Notes under the pieces: model-generated
What the model was told of the DNA's origin: nothing
Seen by the model: the letters and a program-made list of their open reading frames with translations, nothing else
The model's database searches: none
Assembly (NCBI GenBank): GCA_900234795.1
Contig: LT962688.1
Location: forward strand, 3,270,001 to 3,302,000
DNA: 32,000 bases
Direction of reading: 5' to 3'
From: Methylorubrum extorquens
Lineage (GTDB): Bacteria; Pseudomonadota; Alphaproteobacteria; Rhizobiales; Beijerinckiaceae
Part shown: piece by piece, positions 25,392 to 32,000 of the stretch
How the letters are laid out: every line of letters begins with the position of its first letter
How positions within the stretch are numbered: the stretch's first letter is position 1
Made by a program: the position numbers and the translations under genes

Positions 25392-26786
25392 TCACCCCGG
25401 CAGGACCGGCGGGTGGTATTCCAGCGTGAAGGCGAGCGCCCAGAGCAGGAACAGCACCACCGGGAGGTGGACGATGAGCTGGAGGAAGCTGAAGCCGACG
25501 ATATCGCGGGCCTTCAAGCCGAGGATGCCGAGCAGCGGCAGCATGAAGAACGGGTTGATGAGGTTCGGAAGCGCCTCGGCCGCATTGTAGACCTGCACCG
25601 CCCAGCCGAGATGCACCTTCAGCTCGTTGGCCGCCTGCATCACGTAGGGCGCCTCCAGCAGCCACTTGCCACCGCCCGAGGGGATGAAGAAGCCGAGCAG
25701 GGCCGAGTAGACGCCCATGGCGAGCGGGAATGAGCCTTGCGTGTTCATCGCCACGAAAGCGTGGGCGATGACGTCCGAAAGGCTGTGGCCGGCGGCGTTC
25801 TTGGCGCCCGTCAGGATCGCGGCGATGGCGGCGTAGAACGGGAACTGGATCAGGATGCCGGCGGTGGCCGGGACCGCCTTGGAGAGCGCCGCCAGGAAGC
25901 GCTTGGGCCGCCAGTGCAGCAGGAAGCCGGCCATCAGGAACAGGAAGTTGTAGGTGTTGAGGTTGGAGATCGCGATCATCCAATCCTGACGCGCGAATTC
26001 CTGGATCAGCCAACCCGCCGCCAACAGGCCGATGAGGATGGTCAGGACGGGCGCGTGCTCCAGCCACTCGCCGGGCTGCTTCGGCGGGGCGACGCTATCC
26101 TCCTGCTTGGAGACATCGACGCCGAGATCCTGCGCCGTCACCGCCGTCTCACGGCCCGGCGCGGAGGCGAGCGCGATCAGCGCCGACATCACCACGAGGA
26201 TCGCGGCAATCAGGATCGACTGCCACAGGAAGATCGTCTCGCTGAACGGGATCACGCCGGTGATCGGCAGCAGGCCCGGCGGCAGGCTTTTCGGGTTGGC
26301 CTGAAGCTGCGCTGCGGAGGAGGACAGGCCCATCGCCCAGGTCGCGCCGAGGCCGAGATAGGCGGCGGCGCCGGCCGCCCGGTAATCCATCCGCAATTTG
26401 GTGCGGCGGGCGAGCGCCCGGGCGAGCAAGCCGCCGAAGATCAGGCTCAGGCCCCAGCTCAGGAGCGAGGACAGCATGGTGGCGAGCGCCACGTAGCCGA
26501 TGGCGCCGCGCCCGGTCTTCGGCACCAGCGCCATCCGGTCGATCAGGGCTTGCACCGGGGCGGAGGTCGCCACCACGTAGCCGCCGATGGTGACGAAGAC
26601 CATCTGCATGGTGAAGGGGATCAGGCTCCAGAACCCGTCGCCGAAGCTCTTCGACACCGCCTGGACCGGCGCGCCGTTGATGAGCGCGGCGGATGCCACG
26701 ATGACGACGGCGATGGCCACGAACACGAAGGCGTCGGGAAACCACTTCTCCGCCCAATCAGTGAAGCGGAGTGCGAGGCGGGCCAT
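25392..26786 (-). CDS. atoE: short-chain fatty acid transporter (AtoE/TIGR00366 family)
   Basis: GDGFWSLIPFTMQMVFVTIGGYVVATSAPV..GILIQFPFYAAI..IPSGGGKWLLEAPYVMQAA aligns by eye with E. coli AtoE. ATG 26786 is preceded by GAGGAG at a 6-nt spacing. Confidence 0.85.
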   Translation of the reverse strand: MARLALRFTDWAEKWFPDAFVFVAIAVVIVASAALINGAPVQAVSKSFGDGFWSLIPFTMQMVFVTIGGYVVATSAPVQALIDRMALVPKTGRGAIGYVALATMLSSLLSWGLSLIFGGLLARALARRTKLRMDYRAAGAAAYLGLGATWAMGLSSSAAQLQANPKSLPPGLLPITGVIPFSETIFLWQSILIAAILVVMSALIALASAPGRETAVTAQDLGVDVSKQEDSVAPPKQPGEWLEHAPVLTILIGLLAAGWLIQEFARQDWMIAISNLNTYNFLFLMAGFLLHWRPKRFLAALSKAVPATAGILIQFPFYAAIAAILTGAKNAAGHSLSDVIAHAFVAMNTQGSFPLAMGVYSALLGFFIPSGGGKWLLEAPYVMQAANELKVHLGWAVQVYNAAEALPNLINPFFMLPLLGILGLKARDIVGFSFLQLIVHLPVVLFLLWALAFTLEYHPPVLPG

Positions 26787-26958
26787 GGCCCGCTCCTCGG
26801 TCCGCGTGCGGGGCTCTGGGGGCGCATCCATCGGCGTCGGCTCCTCATCCGCGGCACGAGCGGCCGCGGTTAGGCCCTGTTAGAGAGGGAGCCGAGGCCG
26901 GGTTCAAGCCGGTCCGGTGATGAAACCTCAGCGCTCACAGAAATCGAGGGTGCCTGAC

Positions 26959-27633
26959 TCAACCAGCCGACACGCGCAGGAATTCCAGCGCCGGGCCCTG
27001 CGCCTGCGAAAAGACGCCCGCCGTCAGCGCGTTGCCGAAGACCGCACCCGTGTCGAGATTGGTGCGGAAGCGGCGGCAATCCGGCCCGCCGCGGGTCTGC
27101 GGCGTGTGGCCGTGGACGATGTGGCGGCCGAAATCATAATCCTCGGAGAGGAACGGCTCGCGGATCCAGAGCCGGTTGTGAGGGTCGGGGTCCGGCACCT
27201 CCCCCTCGGGGCGAAAACCAGCATGGACGTACCAGCGCTGCGCATCCTCGTGCAGGGTCGGCAAGGCCTCGATCCAGTCGAGCATCTCGCCGGGCAGCTC
27301 TTCCGGCCCCGAGACGCCGAACGACGTCAGGGTCTTGGCGCCGCCATTATAGACCCAATGGTCGAGGGCGCCGGGCTCGCGCAGACTCTTCAGCAGCATC
27401 TCCTCGTGGTTGCCCATCAGGCAGACCACGTCCTCTGGCTCGCGCCACTGCAGGCGCCGCAGGGTCTCGATCACCCGTGCGCTGTCGGGCCCGCGATCGA
27501 TGTAGTCGCCGAGGAAGACCAGCTTCTTCGCGCGGGTCCCTGCATGGGCCTCGATGCGTTCCAGCAGGCGGTCGAGCAGGTCGGCGCAGCCGTGGATATC
27601 GCCGATGGCGTAGGTGATCGTCTCGGCAGTCAT
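26959..27633 (-). CDS. PPP-family metallophosphoesterase (serine/threonine phosphatase, PrpA/ApaH-like)
   Basis: Carries the GDIHGC, GDYIDRGPDS, GNHE and VHGHT motifs. Confidence 0.85.
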   Translation of the reverse strand: MTAETITYAIGDIHGCADLLDRLLERIEAHAGTRAKKLVFLGDYIDRGPDSARVIETLRRLQWREPEDVVCLMGNHEEMLLKSLREPGALDHWVYNGGAKTLTSFGVSGPEELPGEMLDWIEALPTLHEDAQRWYVHAGFRPEGEVPDPDPHNRLWIREPFLSEDYDFGRHIVHGHTPQTRGGPDCRRFRTNLDTGAVFGNALTAGVFSQAQGPALEFLRVSAG

Positions 27634-27809
27634 CCGCTCGTTGTCGATGGGAAATCGCTGCAGCGCAAGACGAGGGCGCTCCGGGCCCAGGGCAACCGAT
27701 CAAAGCCGCGCGAGTAGCCTCGCGGCGCGTTGACGCGGCCGCTCCGAAGCGGCCGCGACCGAGGCGGCCCTGGCGCGCTTTCCCGCGCCGGGGCCCTTCG
27801 TTCACCGGA

Positions 27810-30434
<2,625 letters not shown>

Positions 30435-30661
30435 GCGTGTTGCCCTTCCCCGGATCGAAGATCGTCCGCCCGCTTGCGCGGCACGGAGCCTCCGATGCGT
30501 TGTCCCGCGGGGTGAGCCCCACCGGGACACCGGCGCTTTATTGTGAGCCGCCGGTAGGGATGATCTGGTGTTGCGTATACGTGACACAAGAGGGAGAGGG
30601 CGCCCAAAACGCATCCCAGGCGGGCATTCGGACCAAGCTTGCGCGGCCGATGCGTGGCCGT

Positions 30662-31456
30662 TCAGGCGGCGTCTTCGGCTTGCGGCATCACGTTAAGCCG
30701 GTCGCCGACCGCCACGGCGCCGTCGCTGAGCACTTCGAGGTAGATGCCGAGATCGACATGGTCGAAATGGCGTTTCAGCGCCTTCGGCAGGTTGGTGTCG
30801 CGCCGGGCCGTCTCCGGATTCACATCGACGGCAGCGCAGCGCGGCGTGCGGGCGAGCCCCCGCAGACGCAAGCCCCCGACGGTCACCTCCCGGCCGACCC
30901 AATCCATCTCCGCCCACGGCTCCAGCCCATCGACGTAGATGTTGGCGCGGAAGCGCAAGGGGTGGATCGCGCCGCCTGTCCGCTCTTCCAGGGCGCGGAC
31001 CGAGGCGAGGTTGATGAGCGAGACCGCCCGCATGAAGGCCGGCGAGATCACGCTGCCGTCGGTGAACTTGTGGTCGGCCGCCCGCACGAGGCGCGGCCGA
31101 CCCTTGGCCGCCGGGCCGACATAGGCCTCGAAGAAGCGCTCGACCGCCTCGCGGCCCTCAGGCCGGGTCAGATCCTCGCTGAGCATCGTCGCGCCGTCGC
31201 GCGTGATCGTGAGCTGCCCGGTCTCGGGATCGAACCGCGTCGCGAGCGCCGCCAGCACCTCGTTGCTGCGCAGCATCAGGAAGTAGCCCTTATCGAGCGG
31301 CTCCGGGTTCTGCGGATCGAAGGCCGTGGTGCCGAGCGCGAGGGCGTATTCGCGGTCGAAGGCGAGGCCGGACGCGCGAGACAGCGTCAGTGCCGGAAGC
31401 GGCTCGGCCGAGAGGCCCTTGACCGGATATCTATAGAGCGCGGTGACCTCGGCCAT
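30662..31456 (-). CDS. MOSC domain protein (MOSC_N beta-barrel + MOSC)
   Basis: N-terminus ALYRYPVKGLSAEPL. The C-terminal part is RFRANIYVDG..W..GLARTPRCAAVDVNPETA. Confidence 0.85.
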   Translation of the reverse strand: MAEVTALYRYPVKGLSAEPLPALTLSRASGLAFDREYALALGTTAFDPQNPEPLDKGYFLMLRSNEVLAALATRFDPETGQLTITRDGATMLSEDLTRPEGREAVERFFEAYVGPAAKGRPRLVRAADHKFTDGSVISPAFMRAVSLINLASVRALEERTGGAIHPLRFRANIYVDGLEPWAEMDWVGREVTVGGLRLRGLARTPRCAAVDVNPETARRDTNLPKALKRHFDHVDLGIYLEVLSDGAVAVGDRLNVMPQAEDAA

Positions 31457-31592
31457 CTGTCCTCATCCTCCTGACGCAAAGCGGCAGGCTGACCGAGACT
31501 GCAGCGCCGGACCATGCGGAATTCTCCGTAGACGGCGCAGGGCTCCACCGGTCCGGTTGCAAATCGGGCGCGTCCGGCCTTAGCGAGTGGGA

Positions 31593-32000
31593 ATGAGCCA
31601 GAGCCCTGCCCTCCGCATCGCCGCCCTCTACCGCTATCCGGTCAAAGGCCTCTCGCCCGAGGCCGTAGAGACAGCCGAACTGGAAACGAGCGGCTACTTT
31701 CCCGGCGACCGGCTCTACGCCATCGAGAACGGCCCCTCCGGCTTCAACGAGACCGTGCCGCGCCACCTGCCGAAGATCGCCTACCTGATGTTGATGCGCA
31801 ACGAGGCGCTGGCCCGGCTGCGCACCCGGTTCGACGACGCCACGCACCGCCTCACGGTCGAGGAGAACGGGGTGCAGGCGGTGGATGCGGATCTGAGCAC
31901 GGCGGAGGGGCGCGAAGCGCTCGCCGCGTTCATGAAGGGGTTCCTGCCGCAGGAACTGCGCGGCGCGCCGCAGGTGCTGACGGCGCCGCCCGGCTACCGC
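31593..32000 (+). CDS. second MOSC-domain protein, N-terminal 136 codons (continues beyond the right window edge)
   Basis: Absent from the ORF track because there is no stop in the window. ATG 31593 gives MSQSPALRIAALYRYPVKGLSPEAVETAEL..GDRLYAIENG.., a paralogue of the divergent neighbour. It stays in frame to position 32000. Confidence 0.8.
   Translation, partial: MSQSPALRIAALYRYPVKGLSPEAVETAELETSGYFPGDRLYAIENGPSGFNETVPRHLPKIAYLMLMRNEALARLRTRFDDATHRLTVEENGVQAVDADLSTAEGREALAAFMKGFLPQELRGAPQVLTAPPGYR

Noticed and set aside
27735-27795. Two strong GC hairpins between clpB and the phosphatase gene (GCGGCCGCT-TCGG-AGCGGCCGC at about 27735-27758; a 12-bp stem at 27766-27795)
   Set aside because: They are plausible transcript-end or stabiliser structures for clpB. 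They lack a U-tract on the minus strand, and the second is actually more stable on the plus strand, where nothing needs terminating. I note them but do not call them terminators.
30435-30661. Sigma-32 (RpoH) heat-shock promoter expected upstream of clpB
   Set aside because: Two CTTG motifs exist on the minus strand: CTTGTGTCACGTATACGCAACACCAGATCAT and AAGCTTGGTCC.... Neither has a convincing CCTATNT/CCCCATNT -10 element at 16-18 nt spacing, so I do not call a promoter.

Overview
This is a high-GC (about 70% by eye) alphaproteobacterial chromosomal core region. Gene order and sequence style suggest Hyphomicrobiales, Methylobacterium-like, but that is inference only.

I support about 33 protein genes, in this order:
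- glsA (partial) and glnB, with nnr divergent from them
- an APC amino-acid permease
- a minus-strand glycolytic cluster: gap, a coiled-coil membrane protein, pgk, fba, a ThiE-like gene and a Sel1-repeat protein
- DUF4164, zapA, a probable 6S RNA, 5-formyl-THF cyclo-ligase and a YmdB-like phosphoesterase
- a MotA/ExbB-like plus OmpA/MotB-like pair
- a small DUF4926/DUF6883 cassette
- a D-cysteine desulfhydrase-family gene, an ABCB-type exporter, rpmE and a DUF1465 (RcdA-like) gene
- rpmH, rnpA, yidC, engB and DUF423
- atoE, a PPP-family phosphatase, clpB and two divergent MOSC genes

I saw no rRNA, tRNA, CRISPR array, transposase or phage genes. Many long ORFs in the track are antisense or out-of-frame artefacts of the high GC content.

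The observations most worth a second look:
1. The stator-like MotA/MotB pair is read only through two compensating frame disruptions, a G6 run and a CT repeat. These create a misleading 673-aa fusion ORF.
2. The DUF4926/DUF6883 two-gene cassette is translationally coupled and toxin-antitoxin-like, and has no known function.
3. An unannotated minus-strand small RNA candidate lies between the rcdA-like gene and rpmH. It has a textbook intrinsic terminator, CCUCC anti-Shine-Dalgarno motifs and a perfect CtrA box (TTAA-N7-TTAAC).
4. A roughly 45-nt palindromic intergenic repeat family has five clear copies.
5. glnB is followed by a glutaminase gene rather than by glnA.

All family assignments come from motif recognition by eye. 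No database search was possible.
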